Position numbers and translations under genes: made by a program. Positions 1 to 11,586 of a stretch of 64,000 nt of DNA are shown here, piece by piece. The notes under the pieces were generated by a model. It was not told the origin of the DNA. It was given only the letters and a program-made list of their open reading frames with translations, and ran no database searches. The stretch comes from Anaeramoeba ignava BMAN. Lineage: Eukaryota; Protista; Anaeramoebae. Positions within the stretch are counted from its first letter, which is position 1; the number at the start of each line of letters is the position of its first letter. Location: the NCBI GenBank assembly GCA_028826165.1, contig JAPDFW010000068.1, forward strand, positions 1 to 64,000. Direction: 5' to 3'.

Positions 1-1140
1 TTTTTGGAAATAAATAAATTGGTTAAATATTTTTTTGATTAATAATTAATAATAAATAATTGATTAAAATATTTGGATTTTTGATTATTTTTTAATTACC
101 TTCATTAAAAGACAGATTATTTAAAGCCCAACATCCATATTTTTGAATATCTTCATTATTTGGGAAATTATTCATTGCTTTAATAATAGGTTCAATTCCT
201 TTTAAATTTCTAATTTCAATTTGGTTTTCTATTTTTTTGGAAATAAATTGAAATTGAAATTGAAATTGAAATTGAAATTAATTTTTTTTTGGATTTTTGG
301 AAATAAATTGAAATTAATTAAATATTTTTTGATTAATAATTAATAATAAATAATTGATTAAAATATTATTTTAATTTATAATTTTATTTGTTTTTTATTT
401 ACCATTATCAGCAGCAATATTAATTAAAGCTCCACATCCTTTTTCTTGAATATCTTGATTATTTGGGAAATTATTCATTGCTTTAATAATAGGTTCAATT
501 CCTTTTAAATTTCTAATTTCAATTTGGTTTTCTATTTTTTTTGGAAATAAATTTGAAATTGAAATTGAAATTGAAATTAAAATTGAAATTGAAATTAATT
601 TTTTTTGGATTTTTGGAAATAAATAAATTGATTAAATTTTTTTTTGATTAATAATTAATAATAAATAATTGATTAAAATATTTGGATTTTTGATTATTTT
701 TTAATTACCTTCATCAAAAGACAGATTATTTAAAGCTCCACATCCATTTTCTTGAATATCTTCATTATTTGGGAAATTATTCATTGCATTAATAATAGAT
801 TCAATTCCTTTTAAATTTCTAATTTCAATTTCGTTTTCTATTTTTTTGGAAAATAAATTGAAATTGAAATTGAAATTAATTTTTTTTGGATTTTTTTGGA
901 AATAAATTGAAATTAATTAAATATTTTTTTGATTAATAATTAATAATAAATAATTGATTAAAATATTTTAATTTATAATTTTATTTGTGTTTTATTTTTA
1001 TTTACCATTATCAAGAGCAATATTCAATAAAGCCCAACATCCTTTTTCTTGAATATCTTTATTATTTGGGAAATTATTCATTGATTTAATAATAGGCTCA
1101 ATTCCTTTTAAATTTCTAATTTCAATTCTGTTTTCTATTT
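1..1140 (-). repeat. Tandem exon+intron array, unit about 300 bp (129-nt ARM exon plus conserved intron)
   Basis: Exons start at 228, 531, 837 and 1134; the intervening introns are near-identical. Confidence 0.95.
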
Positions 1141-4090
1141 TTTTGATATTTTTTTATTAGGAAATAAATTTGAAATTGAAATTGAAATTAATTTTCTCAT
1201 TTCATTTTATAAATTAATTAATTTCAATTTTTGATGAGAATTAGAAATGTAAAAATTATGGAAATAAATATTTGTTTTTTGTTATAAATTTTCTTACCTG
1301 AATTAATTGCAATATTAATTAAAATTGAAATAGATTTTTCTTGAATAATTTGATTATTTGGATAATTATTGATTGTATTAATAATTGTTTTAGTTCCATT
1401 TAATTTAGAAATTTTAATTCCTTGTAATTTTCGATTTTTTATTTCTTCAGCTTTTTGTTTTGTGAAAGAAGAAAAAGAAAAAGATTTAAATTTGCAAATA
1501 ATTAATTTTCTTTTTGTTTTTTGATTTGTTAAAAAGAAATTAATTTACTTTTTAATCCTCCTGAAAATATTAATAAAGCTTCAGATGCTTTTATTTGAAT
1601 ATCTTCATTATTTGGGAAATTATTCATTACATTTATAAGAGGTTCAATTCCATTAAATTTTTTTATTTCTATTTGATTATCTTTAAATTGCCAATTGTTA
1701 TTATTATTTTTAATATTATTATTCAAAAATTGTTTCAAAAAAATAAATATTTTACCTTCATTTTCTTTTGCAAATTTTTGTAAAATAAAACATCCATTTT
1801 CTTGAATAATTTCATTATTTGGAAATTTATTCATACATTCGACAATAAAAGGAATATCAATTTCAATTAATTCTTTTTTTTTTTGGTTTAAAAATATTAA
1901 ATTAAATTAAATTAAATTAAATTAAATTAAATTTTCTTTTTGTTTTGTTTTTGAGTTTGATTTACTTTGATCTTGTTGTTGAATTGAATTTGAAAGATCT
2001 TGTAAAAAATTTGTTGTTTTTTCTGGTGATTGAAGAATTTCTATTTTTAATTTTTGATTTTCAATTTCATTTTGAATATTTTTGATTTCTTGATCAATTT
2101 TTGAATAAAATTCATTTTTTCTTTTTTCAATTTCATTGTTAAAATCTTGAATTATTTTTTCAATTTCATTTAAATTTTCATTTTTAATTTCAATTTCTTG
2201 AATTTTCTTTTCAATTTTTTCTAAATATTTATTTTTTTTAAATTTAATTCTATTTTTTATTTCTTGAATAATTTTTTCTAAATTTTCATTTTCATTTTCA
2301 ATTTTGTTTTTTTGAATAAATTCTTTAAATTCTTGAATTTCTTTCCTGTTTTTTTCAAATTCATTCTTAAATTGTTGAATTGTTTCTTCAAATAATTTTA
2401 AATCTTCTTCTGTTTTTAATTTGGGAAAATTTATTAATTCTTGATATTTTTTATCAATTTCTTCCAAATTTATATTCTTTATTTCTTTGAATTTATTTTG
2501 AATTTCTTCAATTTTTTTTTGAAAATTTTCTAAATCTTGTTTTCTATTTTGTTCAAATAAATCTTTCAAATTAATAATTCTTTTATTAAATTCTTGTAAA
2601 TATTCTTTTTTCATTTTTTCATTATTTTGAATTAATTGTTGAAATTTTTCTTCAATTTCTTTTTTCCGTTTTTCATATTCTTCTTGAATTTCTTCAATTT
2701 CTTTTTTAATTTTTTCTAATTTTTCTTTTTCTTTTTGGATTATTCTTTTTTTCTCATAAAGTTGATTAATTTGAAATTCTGTTATTTGATTTTCTTGTTC
2801 AAATTCTTCAATATTTGAATTTAATAAAACAGTTTTATTTTGGAGTTGGGAAATTGATTTATTTTTGATTTGTTGAATTTGAAATTGATTAATTGATTTT
2901 GTTTGTGAAATTTGATTTAATAAATTTGAAAAAGAATTTTCAATTTCATTTATTTCATTTTCATTTTCATTTTGATTTGTTTCAAATTTAATTAATTTTA
3001 TCAATTTTTTTTGATTATTTTGATTCAATTTTTGTTCAATTTGTTGAATAATTTGAAGTTGATTTGGAATATTTTGATTTAAAGAAATTAATCCAATAAA
3101 ATTGTAAATTTGATTTTGATTTTGATTTAAATATTTATCAAAATTTGGATTTGAAATGATAAATTGAATATTTTGGAAAATAAATTCTTCACAATTTTGA
3201 GAAAGATTTTTTGAATTAATTTCTTGAGATTTGAAATAAATTTCCAAAATATTCTCAATATTAAAAATTGATTGAATTTCAAGTTCAATTTTGAATTGAA
3301 TTTCTTTTAATTTAATTTGATTTGCAAATTTAAAATATTCATCAAATTTTCGTTTATCAAATTTAAATTTTCCATTATAAAAAAATTTAATAATTGGTTT
3401 AACAATTTCAGAACTAAAATTATTAAAATAAATTGAATTAAATTTATTTTCTCTTCTGTTTATCATAAAATATTTTGAACGAGCTTCTAAAATTGATTTA
3501 TGACAAGGAATTGAAATTTTATCTTTTCCACAATAAATTTGAAAATCTGAAGTTTTTTTATTTCCAAACATTAAACCAATTTGTTTATTTGCTTGATTTA
3601 TTAAGAATTTATTGAATTTTTTAATTTTGGATTGAATTTCTTCATTTTGAATTTGAATTTGATTTTGATTTTGATTTTGATTTTGATTTTGATTTTGATT
3701 TTGATTTTGAATTTGATTTTGATTTTGATTTTGATTTTGATTTTGATTTGATTTTGATTTTGAATGATGTTTTGAATGTTTTGAATGATGTTTTGAATTT
3801 AATTTTTGTTTTGATTTTGATTTTGATTTTGATTTTGAATGATGTTTTGAATCAATTTGTTTTGAATCAATTCGTTTTGAATGATGTTTTGATTTTGATT
3901 TTGATTTTGATTTTGATTTTGATTTTGATTTTGATTTTGATTTTGATTTTTGATTTTTGATTTTTTGAATGATGTTTTGAATGATGAATTTTTTGATTTT
4001 TTTGAATGATGTTTTGAATGATGTTTTGAATGATGTTTTGATTTTGGATTTGATTTTTGTTGAATTAATTTGTTTTGGAGAATCACTCAT
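1..4090 (-). CDS. BTB/POZ - coiled-coil - armadillo-repeat protein (3' end runs off the window)
   Basis: Likely start is ATG 4090 (MSDSPK, shared with the paralogue at 7797). Exon 4090-1966 has a BTB motif (SDFQIYCGKD..IPCHKSILEARSKYF..IIKFFYNG) and a long EK/Q coiled coil. It splices in frame via GT-AG introns to exons 1872-1756, 1680-1549, 1450-1298, 1134-1006, 837-709, 531-403 and 228-100, which encode ARM-like repeats (GIEPIIKAMNNFPNNEDIQ..GCWALNNL). Confidence 0.8.
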
Positions 4091-5010
4091 TTTTTCATTT
4101 TTTTTTATTTTAATTTTATTTTTTAAAAAAAGGAAAATTATTTTTAATTGGAATAAATAAAATAAATATTTTGAGAAATAATAATAAATCAATAATAAAA
4201 ATGATTTTCTTTTCATTTTATTATTGATTTAAATTTAATTTTAAATTTTTATTGATAATTTTTGTTTAAATAAAATTTGAAAATTTATTTTTCCTCTTTT
4301 TGTTTATTGAAATAATAATAGATTAATAAGTAATTAGCAATTATTTTGTTTTTATTTCATTTATATTTTATATTTTTATTATTATTTATTATTAAATTTG
4401 ATTTTTATTTTGTTAAATTAAATAATAAAAATATTTACTTAATTTTAAATTTTGAAAAGAAAAATGAAAAATAAAAATGGAATAAAGAATATTAAATAGT
4501 TAAATTTAGAATTAATCTATTTTATATATTTTATTAATATTTCTTTATTTAAAATAATATAAAAATAATTCCCAATAATTTAATAAAATTAATAAAATAT
4601 TTTAATTAATTTATTTTAAAAATGGAATAAAGAATATTAAATAATTAAATTCAGAATTAATTTATTTTATATATTTTATCAATATTTTATTTATTTTAAA
4701 ATAATATAAAATAATTCCCAATAATTTAATAAAAATTAATAAAATATTTTTAATAAAGAAAAATTGAATTTGAATACTATTTAATAATAATTTAAATTGA
4801 ATTTCTTTTTATTTTAAACTGAATATTTTCATTGCTTAAATTAATATTTTTGATTATTTATTTTTATATTTGATTGATTAATATTGAAAAAGAAAATATT
4901 AAAAATAAATTAATAAAATTATTATTTTAATAATAAAATTGAATAATAAATCATTTTTAAATTAATTTTCAAATTAAATATTAAATTAAATCTATTCTTA
5001 TTTTTATATT
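4091..5010. repeat. Duplicated 5' flank of the ARM genes, copy 1
   Basis: Aligns by eye with about 7798-8730 (shared 'gaaataataatagattaataagtaattagcaattatt' and 'aaaatggaataaagaatattaaatagttaaatttagaatt'). Confidence 0.9.
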
Positions 5011-5029
5011 TGGATTTAATTATTTTAAT

Positions 5030-5400
5030 TGATTGACAAATAATTAATTAATTATTATTACCAATTTTATTGATTTTAATTAATTGATTTCGATTGGTAT
5101 TGGTTGATCATCATTGATTGAATTGAAAATTTGATGGACATTGATTAATTATTGGTAATTGTATCATTTTAATTGGTAATTGATTGATTTGATTGGATTG
5201 GATTAATTTGATTAATTCGATTGATTGGATTGATTGAATTGATTTATTGGTAATTTTACCAATTGAATTAGTATTCATTGATTGGTGATTCATTATTATT
5301 AATTGACAATTGGTAGATTGATTCCATTAATTGACAATTGATTTGATTTTTGACTGATGGTGATTGATTTGATTGATTAATTGATGATGGAAAAATGTGA
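5030..5400. repeat. Degenerate ATTG/ATTGG/GGTAATT low-complexity tract
   Basis: G-skewed runs of gattg/attgg/ggtaatt, unlike the surrounding AT-only DNA. Confidence 0.75.
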
Positions 5401-5494
5401 ATAAAGAAAATAATTTCGTTTTTGTTTTTTTTATTGAATTTGATTGGAAAAAGAAAAGAAATGAAAATAAAAATGAAAATTAAATTGATTTGAT

Positions 5495-7797
5495 TTAATT
5501 GTTTTGTAATTTTTCTAAAGTCCATTTTCCATTTTCTTGAATAACTTGATTATTTGAGAAATTATTCATTGCTTTAATAATAGCTTCAATTCCTTTTAAA
5601 TTTCTAATTTCAATTCTGTTTTCTATTTTTTTGGAAAATTGAAATTGAAATTAATTATTTTTTTTGGATTTTTGGAAATAAATAAATTGATTAAATATTT
5701 TTTTGATTAATAATTAATAATAATTAATTAATTAAAATATTTTAATTTATAATTTTATTTATTTTTGATTATTTTTTAATTACCTTTATTAAAAGACAGA
5801 TTCTTTAAAGCCCAACATCCATATTTTTGAATATCTTCATTATTTGGGAAATTATTCATTGATTTAATAATAGATTCAATTCCTTTTAAATTTCTAATTT
5901 CAATTTTGTTTTCTATTTTTTTGGAAAATTGAAATTGAAATTGAAATTATTTTTTTTGGATTTTTTTGGAAATAAATAAATTGGTTAAATATTTTTTTGA
6001 TTAATAATTAATAATAAGTAATTAATTAAAATATTTTAATTTATAATTTTATTTATTTTTGATTTTTATTTACCATTATCAGCAGCAATATTCAATAAAG
6101 CTCCACATCCATATTTTTGAATATCTTTATTATTTGGGAAATTATGCATTGATTTAATAATAGGTTCAATTCCTTTTAAATTTCTAATTTCAATTTTGTT
6201 TTCTATTTTTTTTGGAAATTGAAATTGAAATTAATTATTTTTTTTGGATTTTTTTGGAAATAAATTGAAATTGATTAAATATTTTTTTGATTAATAATTA
6301 ATAATAAGTAATTAATTAAAATATTTTAATTTATAGTTTTATTTATTTTTGATTTTTATTTACCATTATCAGCAGCAATATTCAATAAAGCTCCACATCC
6401 TTTTTCTTGAATAACTTGATTATTTGGGAAATTATACATTGCTTTAATAATATATTCAATTCCTTTTAAATTTCTAATTTCAATTCTGTTTTCTATTTTT
6501 TGGAAAATTGAAATTGAAATTGAAATTATTTTTTTTGGATTTTTTTGGAAATAAATTGAAATTGATTAAATATTTTTTTGATTAATAATTAATAATAAAT
6601 AATTGATTAAAATATTTTAATTGATAATTTTATTTATTTTTGATTTTTATTTACCATTATCAGCAGCAATATTCAATAAAGCTCCACATCCTTTTTCTTG
6701 AATAACTTGATTATTTGGGAAATTATTCATTGATTTAATAATAGGTTCAATTCCTTTTAAATTTCTAATTTCAATATTGTTTTCTATTTATTTGATATTT
6801 TTTTGGGAAATAAATTTGAAATTGAAATTGATTAATTTTCTCATTTCATTTTATAAATTAAATTTTTAAAATTTTTGATGAGAATTGGAAATGTAAAAAT
6901 TATGGAAATAAATATTTGTTTTTTGTTATAAATTTTCTTACCTGAATTAATTGCAATATTAGTTAAAATTGAAATAGATTTTTCTTGAATAATTTGATTA
7001 TTTAGATAATTATTGATTGTATTAATAATTGTTTTAATTCCATTTAATTTAGAAATTTTAATTCCTTGTAATTTCCGATTTTCTATTTCTTCAGCTTTTT
7101 GTTTTGTGAAAGAAGAAAAAAGAAAAGATTTAAATTTGCAAATAATTCATTTTTTCTTTTTGGTTTTTGATTTGTTAAAAATAAATTGATTTATTTTTTT
7201 AATCCTCCTGAAAATATTAATAAAGCTTCAGATGCTTTTATTTGAATATCTTCATTATTTGGGAAATTATTCATTACATTTATAAGAGGTTCAATTCCAT
7301 TAAATTTTTTTATTTCTATTTGATTATCTTTAAATTTTCAATTATTATTATTATTTTTAATATTATTATTCAAAAATTGTTTCAAAAAAATAAATATTTT
7401 ACCTTCATTTTCTTTTGCAAATTTTTGTAAAATAAAACATCCATTTTCTTGAATTTTTTGATTAATTGGATATTGTTTCATATATTTTATTGTTTCTTCA
7501 ATAGAATCTTTTTTGATTTTGATTTTTGATTTTTGAATTTTTGAATTTTGAAATAATTTATATTAAAATAAAAAATAAAAATAAAAATAATTTACTTTCA
7601 TTTAAATTTGAAATTTGACTTTTAAAATTTTCTAAGTCTTGATGAGCTTTTCTTTCGGGTTTAAAAATTTCTAATTCTTTTTTCATTTTTTTGATCTTAT
7701 TTTTTTGTTTTTTGATTGTTTGTTTAAGTTGATTAATTTCTTCATCTTTTTTATTTTGATTTTCTTTTAAATCAATTTCTTTTGGAGAATCACTCAT
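5495..7797 (-). CDS. Armadillo-repeat protein, paralogue lacking BTB
   Basis: Exons 7797-7596, 7507-7403, 7327-about 7196 (donor lost), 7094-6942, 6783-6655, 6492-6364, 6202-6074, 5912-5784 and terminal exon 5622-5495 (..QENGKWTLEKLQNN-TAA). All junctions are phase 1. Confidence 0.75.
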
Positions 7798-8730
7798 TTT
7801 TTCTTTTTTATTTTAATTTTATTTTTTTAAAAAAGGAAAATTAGTTTTTTTGTTGGAATAAATAAAATAAATATTTGAGAAATAATAATAAATCAATAAT
7901 AAAAATGATTTTCTTTTCATTTTTATTTTGGAATTAAATTTAAATTTAAATTTTTATTGATAATTTTTTATTTAAATAAAATTTGAAAATTTATTTTTCC
8001 TCTTTTTTTTGTTTATTGAAATAATAATAGATTAATAAGTAATTAGCAATTATTTTGTTTTTATTTCATTTATATTTTATATTTTTATTATTATTTATTA
8101 TTAAATTTGATTTTTATTTTGTTAAATTGAATAATAAAAAAATATTTACTTAATTTTAAATTTTGAAAGAAAAAAATGAAAAAAAATAAAAATGGAATAA
8201 AGAATATTAAATAGTTAAATTTAGAATTAATCTATTTTATATATTTTATTAATATTTCTTTTATTTAAAATAATATAAAATAATTCCCAATAATTTAAAT
8301 AAAATTAATAAAAATATTTTAATTAAATTTATTTTAAAAATGGAATAAAGAATATTAAATAATTAAATTCAGAATTAATTCTATTTTATATATTTTATTA
8401 ATATTTCTTTATTTAAAATAATATAAAATAATTACCAAAAATTAAATAAAATTAATAAAATATTTTAATAAAGAAAAATTGAATTTGAATACTATTTAAT
8501 AATAATTTAAATTGGATTTCTTTTATTTTAAACTGAATTAATATTTTCATTGCTTAAATTAATATTTTGATTGTTTATTTTTATATTTGATTGATTAATA
8601 TTGAAAAAGAAAATATTTAAAAATAAATTAATAAATTATTATTTTAATAATAAAATTGAATTATAAATTATTTTTAAATTAATTTCTAAATTAAATATTA
8701 AATTAAACTTATTCTTATTTTTATATTTGA
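7798..8730. repeat. Duplicated 5' flank of the ARM genes, copy 2
   Basis: Near-identical to 4091-5010. Confidence 0.9.
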
Positions 8731-8994
8731 TTGATTGATTGATTGAAAATTGGATTGATTTTAATAATAAAATTGAATTATAAATTATTTTTAAATTAAT
8801 TTCTAAATTAAATATTAAATTAAATTATTCTTATTTTTATATTTCATTGTTTAATATTGAAATAAGAAAATATTGAAAAATAAATTAATAAATTATTATT
8901 TTAATAATAAAATTGAATAATAAATTATTTTTAAAATTAATTTCTAAATTAAATATTAAATTAAAACTTATTGATTTATTTTTATTATTTTTTT

Positions 8995-9460
8995 GATTGA
9001 TTGATTGGATTGGTGATTGATCGATTGAATTGATTGATTGATTGGACAATTGATTGATGGATTAATTGATTGGATGAATTATTGATTGGTAATTGGTAAT
9101 TGATTAATTTGGATTGGATTGGTAATTTATGGTATTGATTGGTAATTAATTGGTAATTATCAATTGATTGGTAATTGATTAGTGATTAATTGGTAATTGA
9201 TTGGTGATTGGTTACAATGGTAATTGGTATTTATTTATTAATTTATTGATTGGTGGTAATTGGTGGTGGTAATTGGTAATTATTGACAATTATTATTGAT
9301 TGATTCAATTGGTATTGATTGATTGACATGGTAATTGGTATTGATTGGTGATTGATTGATTATTAATTGATTGGTAATTGATTGATTGATTGAGATTGAT
9401 TGGTGGTAATTGATTGATTGATAGTATTGATGGTAATTGATTGATTTGTAATTGATTATT
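8995..9460. repeat. Degenerate ATTG/ATTGG/GGTAATT low-complexity tract
   Basis: Same motif family as 5030-5400, at the equivalent position upstream of the second ARM gene. Confidence 0.8.
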
Positions 9461-9533
9461 TAATTAAATAAATTTGATTAAAATTTTTGATTTTTGATTT
9501 TTCATTTTTCATTTTTTGATTTTTTTTTTCTAA

Positions 9534-11461
9534 ATGGATGGTGATCTTGAATTAGAAGATTCAATAGACGGTTATAATTCTGTTAAAATTGTAATGTTAG
9601 GAGAATCAGGAGTTGGAAAAGTGAGTTTAAAATTTATTTAAATTTATTTAAATTTTAATTTATGAATTTTTTAAATATAAAAAAATGAATTAATAAATCT
9701 TTAACAGACATCACTTGCTTTAAGATTTATTGAAGGTGTATTTCCTGCACCAAAACCAACAATTGCTGTTTCATATTTTTCAAAAAAACTGTGTGTTTTT
9801 AGTTTTTTCAAATTCCTTTTAAAAATTATGTTGGAGAACTTTATTTTATTTAAAAATTCCTTTTAAAAATTCAATTAAGAATACTTTTAAAACATTTATT
9901 TAATTTATTTATTAATTTATTTATTAAAATATTTATTAATTTATTTATTAATTTATTTATTTATTTATTAATATATTTATTTATTTATTTATTTATTATT
10001 GATATATTTATTTTAATTTAAATTTATAAAATTTTTGATTTTTCATTTTTAATTTTTTAAATGGATTATTTATTAATTTATTCATTAAATTATTAATTTA
10101 TTTATTAATTTATTTAGGAGAATCAGGAGTTAAAAGTGAATTTATTTTTTAATTTATTTTTTAATTTATTTATTTTTTATTTATAAAAATGATTTATTAA
10201 ATATTTAACAACATTATTTTTTTTAAGATTTATTGAAAATTATTTATTAAACCATTTAATAATTTATTTATTTATTTTTCAAAAACTTTGTGTTTTTAGT
10301 TTTTTAATTTATTTATTAATTTATTTATTGGAGATTTTTTATTTTATTTAAAATTATTCAATTAAGAACATTTTTTTAATTTATTTATTTATTTATTTAT
10401 TTATTATTATTATATTTATTAATTTATTTATTAATTTATTTATTAATTTATTTATTAATTTATTTATTAATTTATTTATTAATTTATTTATTAAATTATT
10501 TATAAAATTATTTATTAATTTATTTTATAAATTTATTTATTAATTTATTTATTAATTTTATTTATTTAATTATTTATAAAATTATTTATTAATTTATTTA
10601 TTAATTTATTTATTTATTTATTTATTAAATTATTTATTAAAAATTATTTAATTTATTTATTAAATTATTTATTAATTTATTTATATATTTATTAAATTTA
10701 TTTATTAATTTATTTATTAAATTATTTATTAATTTATTTATAAATTTATTTATTAATTTATTTATTAATTTATTTATTTAAATTATTTATTAAATTATTT
10801 ATTAATTTATTTATTAATTTATTTATTAATTTATTTATTAATTATTTATTAAATTATTTATTAATTTATTAATTAATATTTAAATATTTATTAATATATT
10901 TAAATATTTATAAAATTGATATGAAAAGTTTTATTGATACACAAATGATTGTTGCTAAAATATGGGATACAAGTGGACAAGAAAGATTTCGTTCACTTGT
11001 TCCACTTTATTATCGTGGAGCTTCATCTGCGGTCGTAGTTTTTGACATCACTTCAATGGAAACATTCCAAACACTTAAATTTTGGGTTGAGGAATTAAAA
11101 TCAAATATTGAAGGCGAAATCAAAATTTTTGTTGTTGCAAATAAATGTGATTTGGAGAAAAATAGACAAGTTTCAAAAGAAGAATCAATGAATTATGCAA
11201 AATCAATTGGAGCTAAATTTTTTCAGACTTCTGCTTTAAGTGGTGAATGTAAAAAAGAAGAAAAAAAAAATTTTTTTTTTCTCATTCATTTTGTTCCACT
11301 TTTTTTTAATAAATTAAAAAGGTGTTCAAGAATTATTTCGAGATGCTTGTATTCAAGGAATTTCAATTACAGATAATAAATCTCTTCAAAATCAAAATAA
11401 TGCACAATTAGAACCAAAAGAAGATATGACAAATCAAAATCCACCTTCTTTTTGTTGTTAA
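9534..11461 (+). CDS. Rab GTPase, divergent Rab5/21/22-like
   Basis: Exons 9534-9620, 9708-9790, 10929-11248 and 11322-11461. Motifs GESGVGKT, WDTSGQERFRSLVPLYYRG, NKCD, TSAL and a C-terminal CC prenylation signal. Confidence 0.92.
10030..10375 (+). pseudogene. Degraded copy of the Rab 5' region (exon 1-intron 1-exon 2) inside its own intron 2; may be an assembly artefact
   Basis: Collinear remnants 'taaatggat', 'ttaggagaatcaggagt', 'tttaagatttattgaa', 'tgtgtttttagttttt', 'ttggaga' and 'ttcaattaagaa' match 9530-9885. Confidence 0.6.
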
Positions 11462-11586
11462 TTAAAAACGAAAAGAAAAAAATTATTTTTTTTTTTGGGA
11501 ATTTTAAAAAATAAAACAAAAAATTTATTTGCTTTTTTTTTTATTTTTTATTTTTTCTTTTTTGTTAAAATTGTTTGTTTGCTTGT

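Noticed and set aside
1-1140. Regularly spaced repeats as a CRISPR array or prokaryotic repeat system
   Set aside because: The units are about 300-bp exon+intron duplications with no unique spacers and no cas genes, in a eukaryotic context.
3950-4065. KTSF versus SKHH repeats suggesting dual-frame coding
   Set aside because: The same 12-mer read in two frames; compensating indels or polishing errors explain it.
4091-4216. ORF-track start at 4216 for the BTB gene
   Set aside because: The extra 42 codons are AT-rich leader shared with the paralogue, where the frame is not open; ATG 4090 matches the paralogue's start.
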